From a virus (Duplodnaviria > Heunggongvirae > Uroviricota > Caudoviricetes): a stretch of 17,422 nucleotides of DNA. The stretch is taken from IMG/VR virus record IMGVR_UViG_2600255005_000002; one strand, given 5' to 3'. This document shows positions 1 through 11,292 of this stretch, piece by piece. The notes beneath the pieces were generated by a model. It was not told where the DNA came from, made no database searches, and saw only the letters and a program-made list of their open reading frames with translations. The position numbers and the translations under genes are program-made. Each line of letters starts with the position of its first letter. The stretch's first letter is position 1.

Positions 1-1506
1 TTAGTAAGTACGAATCTTCGGCGGGAATGCCGGGCGCAGTTTCGGTTCCATGTTGACGCTACGTCGCGTCATGGATTCCGACTCTGGCAGATACAGGGAG
101 TGACACAGCCAGTTTTCATCATCACGCTCCGGGAAGTCGAAGCGGCTATGCGCGCCACGGCTTTCGGTACGGAAGTTGGCAGAAACAGCCGTTGCATACG
201 CCGTTTCCATCAGGTTATCCAGTTCCAGGCATTCAACGCGCTGGGTGTTGAACTCGCTGGAGGTGTCATCCAGACGGGCATTTTTCAGACGCTCGCGGAT
301 CACTTTCAACTGCTCAAGCCCTTTCGCCATCGCATCACCTTCACGGAAGACCGAGAAGTTATGCTGCATACATTCTTGCAGTGCTTTACGAATCGCCACC
401 GGATCTTCACCGTTACGGTTGTTGTTCCAGCGGTTCAGGCGCTCCAGAGAAGCTTCGACATCAGACTCGCTGGCATCGCGCAGTGCGCCCTGTTCGGCGA
501 TAGACTCTTGCAGATGCAGACCTGCCGCACGACCAAAGACCACCAGGTCCAGCAGCGAGTTGCCGCCAAGACGGTTAGCGCCGTGTACCGATACGCAAGC
601 AATTTCACCCACCGCGAACAGGCCAGGAATCACCACATCTTCGCCCTTCTCGTTCACGGTCAGCGCCTGCCCGGTCACTTTGGTCGGAATACCGCCCATC
701 ATGTAGTGACAGGTTGGGATAACCGGAATCGGCTCTTTCACCGGATCGACGTGAGCGAAGGTACGGGAGAGTTCAAGAATGCCCGGCAGACGGGATTCGA
801 GAACTTCTTTACCCAGGTGGTCGAGTTTCAGTTTTGCGTGTGGTCCCCACGGGCCATCACAGCCACGACCTTCACGAATTTCGATCATGATGGAACGCGC
901 CACCACATCACGCCCCGCCAGGTCTTTGGCGTTCGGCGCATAACGCTCCATAAAGCGTTCGCCATGTTTGTTCAGCAGATAACCGCCTTCACCACGGCAA
1001 CCCTCGGTGACCAGTACGCCCGCACCGGCAATACCCGTCGGGTGGAACTGCCACATTTCCATATCCTGCACCGGTACGCCTGCACGGATAGCCATGCCGA
1101 CGCCGTCGCCGGTGTTAATGTGGGCGTTGGTGGTGGACTGATAAATACGCCCTGCTCCGCCAGTCGCCAGCACGGTAGCGCGGGCTTTGAAATAAACCAC
1201 TTCACCGGTTTCGATGCACAGTGCGGTACAACCGACCACTGCGCCATCCTGGTTTTTCACCAGATCCAGCGCATACCACTCGGAGAAAATGGTGGTGTGG
1301 TTTTTCAGGTTCTGCTGATAAAGGGTGTGCAACAGTGCGTGACCGGTACGGTCAGCCGCTGCCGCTGTACGTGCCGCCTGCTCGCCGCCGAAGTTTTTCG
1401 ACTGACCGCCAAACGGACGTTGATAGATACGACCATCATCAAGGCGCGAGAACGGCAGTCCCATGTGTTCCAGTTCCAGAATCGCTTCCGGCCCGGTTTT
1501 ACACAA
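1..1506 (-). CDS. sdhA: Succinate dehydrogenase flavoprotein subunit, 5'-truncated fragment (C-terminal ~500 of 588 residues); reading frame broken at junction near 1505
   Basis: Minus-strand ORF translation ends ...[12 protein letters not shown] and contains the flavoprotein motifs ([21 protein letters not shown]) recognised as E. coli SdhA. The track start at 1506 is TTG at a position where SdhA has an internal Met (..YMCKTGPEA..), so the N-terminal ~87 residues are absent. Stop codon is at 1-3. Confidence 0.9.
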   Translation of the reverse strand: MCKTGPEAILELEHMGLPFSRLDDGRIYQRPFGGQSKNFGGEQAARTAAAADRTGHALLHTLYQQNLKNHTTIFSEWYALDLVKNQDGAVVGCTALCIETGEVVYFKARATVLATGGAGRIYQSTTNAHINTGDGVGMAIRAGVPVQDMEMWQFHPTGIAGAGVLVTEGCRGEGGYLLNKHGERFMERYAPNAKDLAGRDVVARSIMIEIREGRGCDGPWGPHAKLKLDHLGKEVLESRLPGILELSRTFAHVDPVKEPIPVIPTCHYMMGGIPTKVTGQALTVNEKGEDVVIPGLFAVGEIACVSVHGANRLGGNSLLDLVVFGRAAGLHLQESIAEQGALRDASESDVEASLERLNRWNNNRNGEDPVAIRKALQECMQHNFSVFREGDAMAKGLEQLKVIRERLKNARLDDTSSEFNTQRVECLELDNLMETAYATAVSANFRTESRGAHSRFDFPERDDENWLCHSLYLPESESMTRRSVNMEPKLRPAFPPKIRTY

Positions 1507-1512
1507 GAGTTA

Positions 1513-1911
1513 ATGGAATTGGCAAGTGAATTTTCTGGCATGCTTAAGTCGTCAGGTGTTCGGTCAGCGTTCTTTGTTGAAATGCTGATGCACGGCGGAC
1601 TTATGGCAACAATGAGACGTGTAATGGAAGACCAGAGAAAAGAACCTCCTCAGGTATACGTTTTGTCATCGAAGAAAACTGGGCTAACCAAAATTGGGTA
1701 TTCATCCAACATTCCACAACGCATCAAATCGCTTGGCAACTCTGGACCAGACTGCTTGAAGCTTGAGTGCCTGATCCCTGGTGGAAGAGAAACTGAAAAC
1801 ATGCTTCATCGCAAATTTGCCGCAAAGAGAAAGCACGGTGAATGGTTCGCCCTGTCCAAGGATGACATTGAGGGATTGAAATCTGTAGCGATTACTTCTG
1901 ATGGCTATTAA
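1513..1911 (+). CDS. T5orf172-type (GIY-YIG superfamily-like) small domain protein; start uncertain (ATG at 1513, 1603 or 1624)
   Basis: C-terminal 132 codons of track ORF 100..1911, the only part not antisense to sdhA. Sequence PQVYVLSSKKTGLTKIGYSSNIPQRIKSL...ENMLHRKFAAKRKHGEWFALS shows GIY(VYV)-x11-YIG(KIG) spacing, conserved Arg and Glu, and the terminal GEWF motif typical of T5orf172 domains. GGCGGA lies 3 nt before the ATG at 1603; only weak AAGAG precedes 1513. Confidence 0.6.
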   Translation: MELASEFSGMLKSSGVRSAFFVEMLMHGGLMATMRRVMEDQRKEPPQVYVLSSKKTGLTKIGYSSNIPQRIKSLGNSGPDCLKLECLIPGGRETENMLHRKFAAKRKHGEWFALSKDDIEGLKSVAITSDGY

Positions 1912-2425
1912 TGCTTGTTTAGAGCAATTTTCATAACAACTCTTCATTACAAAGCCCATTTACGGGTGGGCTTGATAATGAAACCGGAATTTATTCTGGG
2001 CCACCAGTTAACGGCAGTACCACGAAACAACCCAAGCCAGTAAGTGGAGAAATAACACCGGCAGCCACTGAAAGATGAACCTCCTGCCTTATGGCAAAAA
2101 AGATTCTTTGTGGTGGCGGACTGATGGAAAGACATCGGTTATTGCAGAGGCCATTCAATGAGTGGTCTCGACAATGGCTTATACCCTACACGGGATAACT
2201 TAACTGATATCCCTTTTAACGGATAAAGGTATTCAAGCCTGACACATCATGCGCTGTATCGTCGCTGTACTCTTGCATTAATTATGACTGTAGCCTGACG
2301 GGGAACTCCTTCTGCGCGAGTGTGCGGGAATAATCAAAAACGATGCACACCGGGGTTACCGGGTACACATATTTCATCATGCCAGCGAGTCCGGTTCTGG
2401 CGCGGAAGAAACCGGACGTTATGAT

Positions 2426-2836
2426 TTAGTGCGGAAATATTTGTGTAGTGTTCTGAATGTTCTCAGTAAATAGTAATGAATTATCAAAGGTATAGTAATA
2501 CCTTTTGTTTTCGTGGATATTTGTAACCCACCGAAAAACTCCTGCTTTAGCAAGGTTTCTTCTGTATTCCTGAAATGTGATCTCTCTGGATTTCAGCTTA
2601 TTAGAGGTCGTTTCTATAAGATGCCTATCCTTTGAAAATTTGACAGACACAATGTTTTTTAGGCCCTTTAATAACACTGTATTATCATTTTTTAATACAA
2701 TATGAACATTCTCTGTGGCTAAATAGTAAATGTAATGTGAGACATTGTGACGTTTTAGCTCAGAATAAAACCATTGATAGTTTAAATCGTTTCGAACTTT
2801 ATCAAATATTTGTTTAAAAATGACTACCTGATCCAT
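2426..2836 (-). CDS. Lambdoid right-arm accessory protein, DUF1398-like (YdfO/YbcV-family homolog); function unknown
   Basis: Minus-strand ORF (track 2426..2851, 141 aa). The internal ATG at 2834-2836 ([11 protein letters not shown]...) has a GGAAGG Shine-Dalgarno 7 nt upstream, whereas the first ATG at 2851 has none. AT-rich; resembles from memory the ORF in the last ~1 kb of lambda and its cryptic-prophage homologs. Confidence 0.6.
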   Translation of the reverse strand: MDQVVIFKQIFDKVRNDLNYQWFYSELKRHNVSHYIYYLATENVHIVLKNDNTVLLKGLKNIVSVKFSKDRHLIETTSNKLKSREITFQEYRRNLAKAGVFRWVTNIHENKRYYYTFDNSLLFTENIQNTTQIFPH

Positions 2837-2893
2837 AGATAAACCTTCCATGTGATATGAGGGGGCGTAGTCTGCACGATTATCTAAATTGCT

Positions 2894-3127
2894 TCAATCT
2901 GGTCTGACCTGTTTTCTGAGCAATTCAGTAATGTCACTCTTTTCTTTGTTTGCTTCAGGAGAAACTCTTTTTTCTGAGCACAGTCTCCGGCGGCAGGCTT
3001 CAATGACCCAGGCTGAGAAATTCCCGGACCCTTTTTGATCAAGAGCGATGTTAATTTGTTCAATCATTTGGTTAGGAAAGCGGATGTTGCGGGTTGTTGT
3101 TCTGCGGGTTCTGTTCTTCGTTGACAT
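2894..3127 (-). CDS. Small basic ribbon-helix-helix-like protein, DUF3950-like (YnfO/YlcI-family homolog of the lambda right-end ORF)
   Basis: 77-aa minus-strand ORF MSTKNRTRRTTTRNIRFPNQMIEQINIALDQKGSGNFSAWVIEACRRRL... The N-terminal ~50 residues match from memory the small ORF encoded just left of cos in lambda; the C-terminus diverges. Confidence 0.55.
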   Translation of the reverse strand: MSTKNRTRRTTTRNIRFPNQMIEQINIALDQKGSGNFSAWVIEACRRRLCSEKRVSPEANKEKSDITELLRKQVRPD

Positions 3128-3289
3128 GAGGTTGCCCTGTATTCAGTGTCGCTGATTTGTATTGTCTGAAGTTGTTTTTACGTTAAGTTGATGCAGATCA
3201 ATTAATACGATACCTGCGTCATAATTGATTATTTGACGTGGTTTGATGGCGTAGATGCACGTTGTGACATGTAGATGATAATTATTATC

Positions 3290-3510
3290 ATTTTGCGGGT
3301 CCTTTCCGGCGATCCGACAGGTTACGGGGCGGCGACCTCGCGGGTTTTCGCTATTTATGAAAATTTTCCGGTTTAAGGCGTTTCCGTTCTTCTTCGTCGT
3401 AACTTAATGTTTTTATTTAAAATACCCCCTGAAAAGAAAGGAAACGACAGGTGCTGAAAACGAACTTTTGGGCCTCTGTCGTTTCCTTTCTCTGTTTTTG
3501 TCCGTGGAAT
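3290..3510 (+). promoter_or_regulatory. cos: Lambda-type cos site (cosQ - cosN - cosB with Nu1/IHF binding elements), present as a joined circular-form junction
   Basis: Sequence ...GATCCGACAGGTTACG|GGGCGGCGACCTCGCGGGTTTTCGCTATTTATGAAAATTTTCCGG... reproduces the lambda right-end/left-end junction. It lies immediately upstream of Nu1 and includes the 14-bp inverted repeat AAAGGAAACGACAG (3437-3450) / CTGTCGTTTCCTTT (3476-3489). Confidence 0.85.
3327..3338 (+). promoter_or_regulatory. cosN: cosN 12-nt cohesive-end sequence GGGCGGCGACCT (terminase nicking site)
   Basis: Exact 12-mer GGGCGGCGACCT at 3327-3338, flanked by the characteristic GTTACG and CGCGGG. Confidence 0.85.
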
Positions 3511-3515
3511 GAACA

Positions 3516-4034
3516 ATGGAAGTCAACAAAAAGCAGCTGGCTGACATTTTCGGTGCGAGCATCCGTACCATTCAGAACTGGCAGGAGCAGGGAATGCCCG
3601 TTCTGCGAGGTGGCGGGAAGGGTAATGAGGTGCTTTATGACTCTGCCGCCGTCTAAAATGGTATGCCGAAAGGGATGCTGAAATTGAGAACGAAAAGCTG
3701 CGCCGGGAGGTTGAAGAACTGCGGCAGGCCAGCGAGACAGATCTGCAGCCAGGGACTATTGAGTACGAACGCCATCGACTTACGCGTGCGCAGGCCGACG
3801 CACAGGAGCTGAAAAATGCCAGAGACTCCGCTGAAGTGGTGGAAACCGCATTCTGTACTTTCGTGCTGTCGCGGATCGCAGGTGAAATTGCCAGTATTCT
3901 CGACGGGATCCCCCTGTCGGTGCAGCGGCGTTTTCCGGAACTGGAAAACCGACATGTTGATTTCCTGAAACGGGATATCATCAAAGCCATGAACAAAGCA
4001 GCCGCGCTGGATGAACTGATACCGGGGTTGCTGA

Positions 4035-4060
<26 letters not shown>
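3516..4060 (+). pseudogene. Nu1: Terminase small subunit Nu1, disrupted by a -1 frameshift at about 3651-3656 (premature TAA at 3654)
   Basis: ATG at 3516 gives MEVNKKQLADIFGASIRTIQNWQEQGMPVLRGGGKGNEVLYDSAAV then stop. The remainder (KWYAERDAEIENEKL...SEYIEQSG, ending at 4060) continues in another frame. Window has GTCTAAAATGG where lambda (from memory) has GTCATAAAATGG. Confidence 0.85.
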
Positions 4061-7740
<3,680 letters not shown>

Positions 7741-7760
<20 letters not shown>

Positions 7761-9056
7761 TCTCCCGCATATTGCCAGTATGGCCTTTAATGAGCCGCTT
7801 ATGCGCGGGTTTTCTTTTGTGCGCTTGCAGGCCAGCTTGGGATCAGCCGCCTGACGGATGCGGTGTCCGGCGACAGCCTGACTGCCCAGGAGGCACTCGC
7901 GACGCTGGCATTATCCGGTGATGATGACGGACCACGACAGGCCCGCAGTTATCAGGTCATGAACGGCATCGCCGTGCTGCCGGTGTCCGGCACGCTGGTC
8001 AGCCGGACGCGGGCGCTGCAGCCGTATTCGGGGATGACCGGTTACAACGGCATTATCGCCCGTCTGCAACAGGCTGCCAGCGACCCGATGGTGGACGGCA
8101 TTCTGCTCGATATGGACACGCCAGGCGGAATGGTGGCGGGAGCATTTGACTGCGCTGACATCATTGCCCGTGTGCGTGACATAAAACCGGTATGGGCGCT
8201 GGCCAACGATATGAACTGCAGTGCAGGTCAGCTGCTTGCCAGTGCCGCCTCCCGGCGTCTGGTCACGCAGACCGCCCGGACAGGCTCCATCGGCGTCATG
8301 ATGGCTCACAGTAATTACGGTGCTGCGCTGGAGAAACAGGGTGTGGAAATCACGCTGATTTACAGCGGCAGCCATAAGGTGGATGGCAACCCCTACAGCC
8401 ATCTTCCGGATGACGTCCGGGAGACACTGCAGTCCCGGATGGATGCAACCCGCCGGATGTTTGCGCAGAAGGTGTCGGCATATACCGGCCTGTCTGTGCA
8501 GGCTGTGCTGGATACAGAGGCTGCAGTGTACAGCGGTCAGGAGGCCATTGATGCCGGACTGGCTGATGAACTTGTCAACAGCACCGATGCGATCACCGTT
8601 ATGCGTGATGCACTGGATGCACGTAAATCCCGTCTCTCAGGAGGGCGAATGACCAAAGAGACTCAATCAACAACTGTTTCAGCCACCGCTTCGCAGGCTG
8701 ACGTTACTGACGTGGTGCCAGCTACGGAGGGCGAAAACGCCAGCGCGGCGCAGCCGGACGTGAACGCGCAGATCACCGCAGCGGTTGCGGCAGAAAACAG
8801 CCGCATTATGGGGATCCTCAACTGTGAGGAGGCTCACGGACGCGAAGAACAGGCGCGCGTTCTGGCAGAAACCCCCGGAATGACCGTGGAAACGGCCCGC
8901 CGCATTCTGGCCGCAGCACCACAGAGTGCACAGGCGCGCAGTGACACTGCGCTGGATCGTCTGATGCAGGGTGCACCGGCACCGCTGGCTGCAGGTAACC
9001 TGGCATCTGATACCAATAAAGAATTACTTAATACACCTGAAGCTTTACCGGTATAA
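7741..9056 (+). pseudogene. C: Prohead protease/scaffold gpC, N-terminus disrupted by a ~16-bp deletion at about 7799-7800; downstream frame open
   Basis: GTG at 7741 gives MTAELRNLPHIASMAFNEPLM then diverges, with a stop at 7852-7854. The C sequence resumes in frame 0 (ARVFFCALAGQLGIS..SGDSLTAQEALATLALSGDDDGPRQ...). Window has GAGCCGCTTATGCGCGGG where lambda (from memory) has GAGCCGCTGATGCTTGAACCCGCCTATGCGCGGG. Confidence 0.75.
8439..9056 (+). CDS. Nu3: Scaffolding protein Nu3 (in-frame internal start within C), apparently intact
   Basis: ATG at 8439 (MDATRRMFAQKVSAYTGLSVQ...) is in the downstream C frame, which is uninterrupted to the stop at 9054-9056. C-terminus (..AAGNLASDTNKELLNTPEALPV) differs from lambda. 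Confidence 0.5.
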   Translation: MDATRRMFAQKVSAYTGLSVQAVLDTEAAVYSGQEAIDAGLADELVNSTDAITVMRDALDARKSRLSGGRMTKETQSTTVSATASQADVTDVVPATEGENASAAQPDVNAQITAAVAAENSRIMGILNCEEAHGREEQARVLAETPGMTVETARRILAAAPQSAQARSDTALDRLMQGAPAPLAAGNLASDTNKELLNTPEALPV

Positions 9057-9065
9057 GAGGCAGTT

Positions 9066-9398
9066 ATGGCGTCAAAAGAAGAGTTTAACCATTACCAGCC
9101 GCTGGGTAACAGTGATCCGGCTCATACAGCAATTGCGCCTGGCGGATTGAGTGCGAAAACGCCTGCAATGACCCCGCTGATGCTGGATGGCACTACCCGT
9201 AAGCTGGTTGTGTGGGATGGCACCACCGACGGTGCAGCCGTTGGCATTCTGGCGGTTGCTGCTGACCAGACCAGCACCACACTGACGTTCTACAAGTCCG
9301 GCTCGTTCCGTTATGAGGATGTGCTCTGGCCGGAGGCTGCCAGCGACGAGACTAAAAAACGGACCGCGTTTGCCGGAACGGCAATCAGCATCGTTTAA
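9066..9398 (+). CDS. D: Head decoration protein gpD (110 aa), divergent allele
   Basis: 110-aa [44 protein letters not shown]...FAGTAISIV; same length as lambda gpD with scattered substitutions; ATG preceded by AAGAGG. Confidence 0.9.
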   Translation: MASKEEFNHYQPLGNSDPAHTAIAPGGLSAKTPAMTPLMLDGTTRKLVVWDGTTDGAAVGILAVAADQTSTTLTFYKSGSFRYEDVLWPEAASDETKKRTAFAGTAISIV

Positions 9399-9415
9399 TC
9401 TTCCCCTTCATCAAC

Positions 9416-9440
9416 AAAGGCCGCCTGTGCGGCTTTTTTT
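9416..9440 (+). terminator. Rho-independent terminator-like hairpin between D and E (GCCGC-CTGT-GCGGC followed by T7)
   Basis: AAAGGCCGCCTGTGCGGCTTTTTTT: 5-bp GC stem, 4-nt loop, seven T residues. Probably a partial terminator or mRNA-stability element, since E must be co-transcribed. Confidence 0.4.
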
Positions 9441-9453
9441 ATGGAAATAATTT

Positions 9454-10479
9454 ATGTCTGTATATACAACTGCAGAATTACTGGCATCGACCCAGCATCA
9501 CTTTAAGTTCGATCCGCTGTTTCTGCGTCTCTTTTTCCGTGAAACCTATCCTTTCACCACGGAAAAAGTCTATCTCTCACAAATTCCGGGACTGGTAAAC
9601 ATGGCGCTGTACGTTTCGCCGATTGTTTCCGGTGAGGTTATCCGATCCCGTGGCGGCTCCACCTCTGAATTTACGCCGGGTTATGTCAAGCCGAAGCATG
9701 AGGTGAATCCGCAGATGACCCTGCGTCGCCTGCCGGATGAAGATCCGCAGAACCTGGCTGACCCGGCTTACCGTCGTCGCCGTATTATTCGGCAGAATAT
9801 GCTGGATGAAAATCTGGCGATTGCCCAGGTCGAAGAGATGCAGGCAGTTTCTGCCGTGCTTAAGGGCAAATACACCATGACCGGTGAAGCCTTCGATCCG
9901 GTTGAGGTGGATATGGGCCGCAGTGCGGCGAATAACATCACGCAGTCCGGCGGCACGGAGTGGAGCAAGCGTGACAAGTCCACGTATGACCCGACCGACG
10001 ATATCGAAGCCTACGCGCTGAACGCCAGCGGTGTGGTGAATATCATCGTGTTTGATCCGAAAGGCTGGGCGCTGTTCCGTTCCTTCAAGGCCGTCAAGGA
10101 GAAGCTGGATACCCGTCGCGGCTCTCATTCCGAGCTGGAGACAGCGGTAAAAGACCTGGGCAAAGCGGTGTCTTATAAGGGAATGTATGGCGATGTGGCC
10201 ATCGTCGTGTATTCCGGACAGTACGTGGAAAACGGCGTCAAAAAGAACTTCCTGCCGGACAACACGATGGTGCTGGGGAACACTCAGGCACGCGGTCTGC
10301 GCACCTATGGTTGCATTCAGGATGCGGACGCACAGCGCGAAGGCATTAACGCCTCTGCCCGTTACCCGAAAAACTGGGTGACCACCGGCGACCCGGCGCG
10401 TGAGTTCACCATGATTCAGTCAGCACCGCTGATGCTGCTGGCTGACCCTGATGAGTTCGTGTCCGTACAACTGGCGTAA
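9454..10479 (+). CDS. E: Major capsid protein gpE (341 aa)
   Basis: 341-aa ORF MSVYTTAELLASTQHHFKFDPLFLRLFFRETYPFTTEKVYLSQIPGLVNMALYVSPIVSGE...; same length as lambda gpE; N-terminal residues differ from lambda (from memory). Confidence 0.95.
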   Translation: MSVYTTAELLASTQHHFKFDPLFLRLFFRETYPFTTEKVYLSQIPGLVNMALYVSPIVSGEVIRSRGGSTSEFTPGYVKPKHEVNPQMTLRRLPDEDPQNLADPAYRRRRIIRQNMLDENLAIAQVEEMQAVSAVLKGKYTMTGEAFDPVEVDMGRSAANNITQSGGTEWSKRDKSTYDPTDDIEAYALNASGVVNIIVFDPKGWALFRSFKAVKEKLDTRRGSHSELETAVKDLGKAVSYKGMYGDVAIVVYSGQYVENGVKKNFLPDNTMVLGNTQARGLRTYGCIQDADAQREGINASARYPKNWVTTGDPAREFTMIQSAPLMLLADPDEFVSVQLA

Positions 10480-10481
10480 TC

Positions 10482-10510
10482 ATGGCCCTTCGGGGCCATT
10501 TTCTCTCTGT
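10482..10510 (+). terminator. Hairpin downstream of E (ATGGCCC-TTCG-GGGCCAT followed by TTTCTCTCTG)
   Basis: Perfect 7-bp inverted repeat with a 4-nt loop at 10482-10499 followed by a pyrimidine/T-rich run, directly after the E stop codon and before the FI ribosome-binding site. Confidence 0.35.
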
Positions 10511-10520
10511 GGAGGAGTCC

Positions 10521-10916
10521 ATGACGAAAGATGAACTGATTGCCCGTCTCCGCTCGCTGGGTGAACAACTGAACCGTGATATCAGCCTGACGGGGACGAA
10601 AGAAGAACTGGCGCTCCGTGTGGCAGAGCTGGAAGAAGAGCTTGATGACACGGGCGACACTGCCGGTCAGGATACCCCTCTCAGCCCGGAAAATGTGCTG
10701 ACCGGACATGAAAATGAGGTTGTATCAGCGCAGCCGGATACCGTGACTGATACGGCTGATCTGGTCACGGTTGTGGCACTGGTGACGCTGCATACTGATG
10801 CACTTCACGCCACGCGGGATGAGGCTGTGGCATTTGTGCTGCCGGGAACGGCGTTTCGTGTCTCTGCCGGTGTGGCAGCCGAAATGACAGAGCGCGGCCT
10901 GGCCAGAATGCAATAA
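10521..10916 (+). CDS. FI: DNA-packaging / head assembly protein gpFI (131 aa)
   Basis: ATG at 10521 preceded by GGAGGAG; MTKDELIARLRSLGEQLNRD...ERGLARMQ. One codon shorter than lambda FI, with a substitution cluster in the middle. Confidence 0.85.
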   Translation: MTKDELIARLRSLGEQLNRDISLTGTKEELALRVAELEEELDDTGDTAGQDTPLSPENVLTGHENEVVSAQPDTVTDTADLVTVVALVTLHTDALHATRDEAVAFVLPGTAFRVSAGVAAEMTERGLARMQ

Positions 10917-10927
10917 CGGGAGGCGCT

Positions 10928-11281
10928 GTGGCTGATTTCGATAACCTGTTCGATGCTGCCATTGCCCGCGCCGATGAAACGATACGCGGGTACATGGGAA
11001 CGTCAGCCACCATGACATCCGGTGAGCAGTCCGGCGCAGTAATACGTGGTGTTTTTGATGACCCTGAAAATATCAGCTATGCCGGACAGGGCGTGCGCGT
11101 TGAAGGCTCCAGCCCGTCCCTGTTTGTCCGGACTGATGAGGTGCGGCAGCTGCGGCGTGGAGACACGCTGACCATCGGTGAGGAAAATTTCTGGGTAGAT
11201 CGGGTTTCGCCGGATGATGGCGGAAGTTGTCATCTCTGGCTTGGACGGGGCGTACCGCCTGCCGTTAACCGTCGCCGCTGA
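10928..11281 (+). CDS. FII: Head-tail connector protein gpFII (117 aa, GTG start)
   Basis: MADFDNLFDAAIARADETIRGYMGTSATMTSGEQSGAVIRGVFDDPENISYAGQGVRVEG...; GTG start preceded by GGGAGG. Confidence 0.85.
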   Translation: MADFDNLFDAAIARADETIRGYMGTSATMTSGEQSGAVIRGVFDDPENISYAGQGVRVEGSSPSLFVRTDEVRQLRRGDTLTIGEENFWVDRVSPDDGGSCHLWLGRGVPPAVNRRR

Positions 11282-11292
11282 AAGGGGGATGT

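Noticed and set aside
100-1512. Upstream 470 codons of the 603-aa plus-strand track ORF 100..1911
   Set aside because: This portion is antisense to the well-supported sdhA frame and has no recognisable domain. Only the terminal 1513-1911 segment, which lies outside sdhA and has a T5orf172 signature, was kept.
176-1541. Smaller track ORFs overlapping sdhA (176..706 +, 972..1247 -, 1221..1529 +, 1305..1541 -)
   Set aside because: Alternative-frame or antisense ORFs inside a conserved host gene; low-complexity Arg/Ser/Pro-rich translations typical of GC-rich noise.
1947-2160. Short ORFs in the spacer (62-aa minus ORF 1947..2135; plus-strand 21-36 codon ORFs starting at 1978, 2075, 2091)
   Set aside because: No convincing Shine-Dalgarno (one is preceded by the anti-SD CCTCC), no recognisable motifs, mutually overlapping; cannot be supported from sequence alone.
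1500-3330. Prophage integration site (attL/attR) or integrase/tRNA at the left boundary
   Set aside because: No tRNA-like sequence, no integrase ORF and no repeated core sequence found at either junction; the block is bounded by gene truncations instead.
3451-3996. Track ORFs 3451..3681 (+), 3523..3996 (-) and 3653..3955 (-)
   Set aside because: They overlap cosB and the Nu1 coding region in wrong frames or antisense; Nu1 explains the coding signal here.
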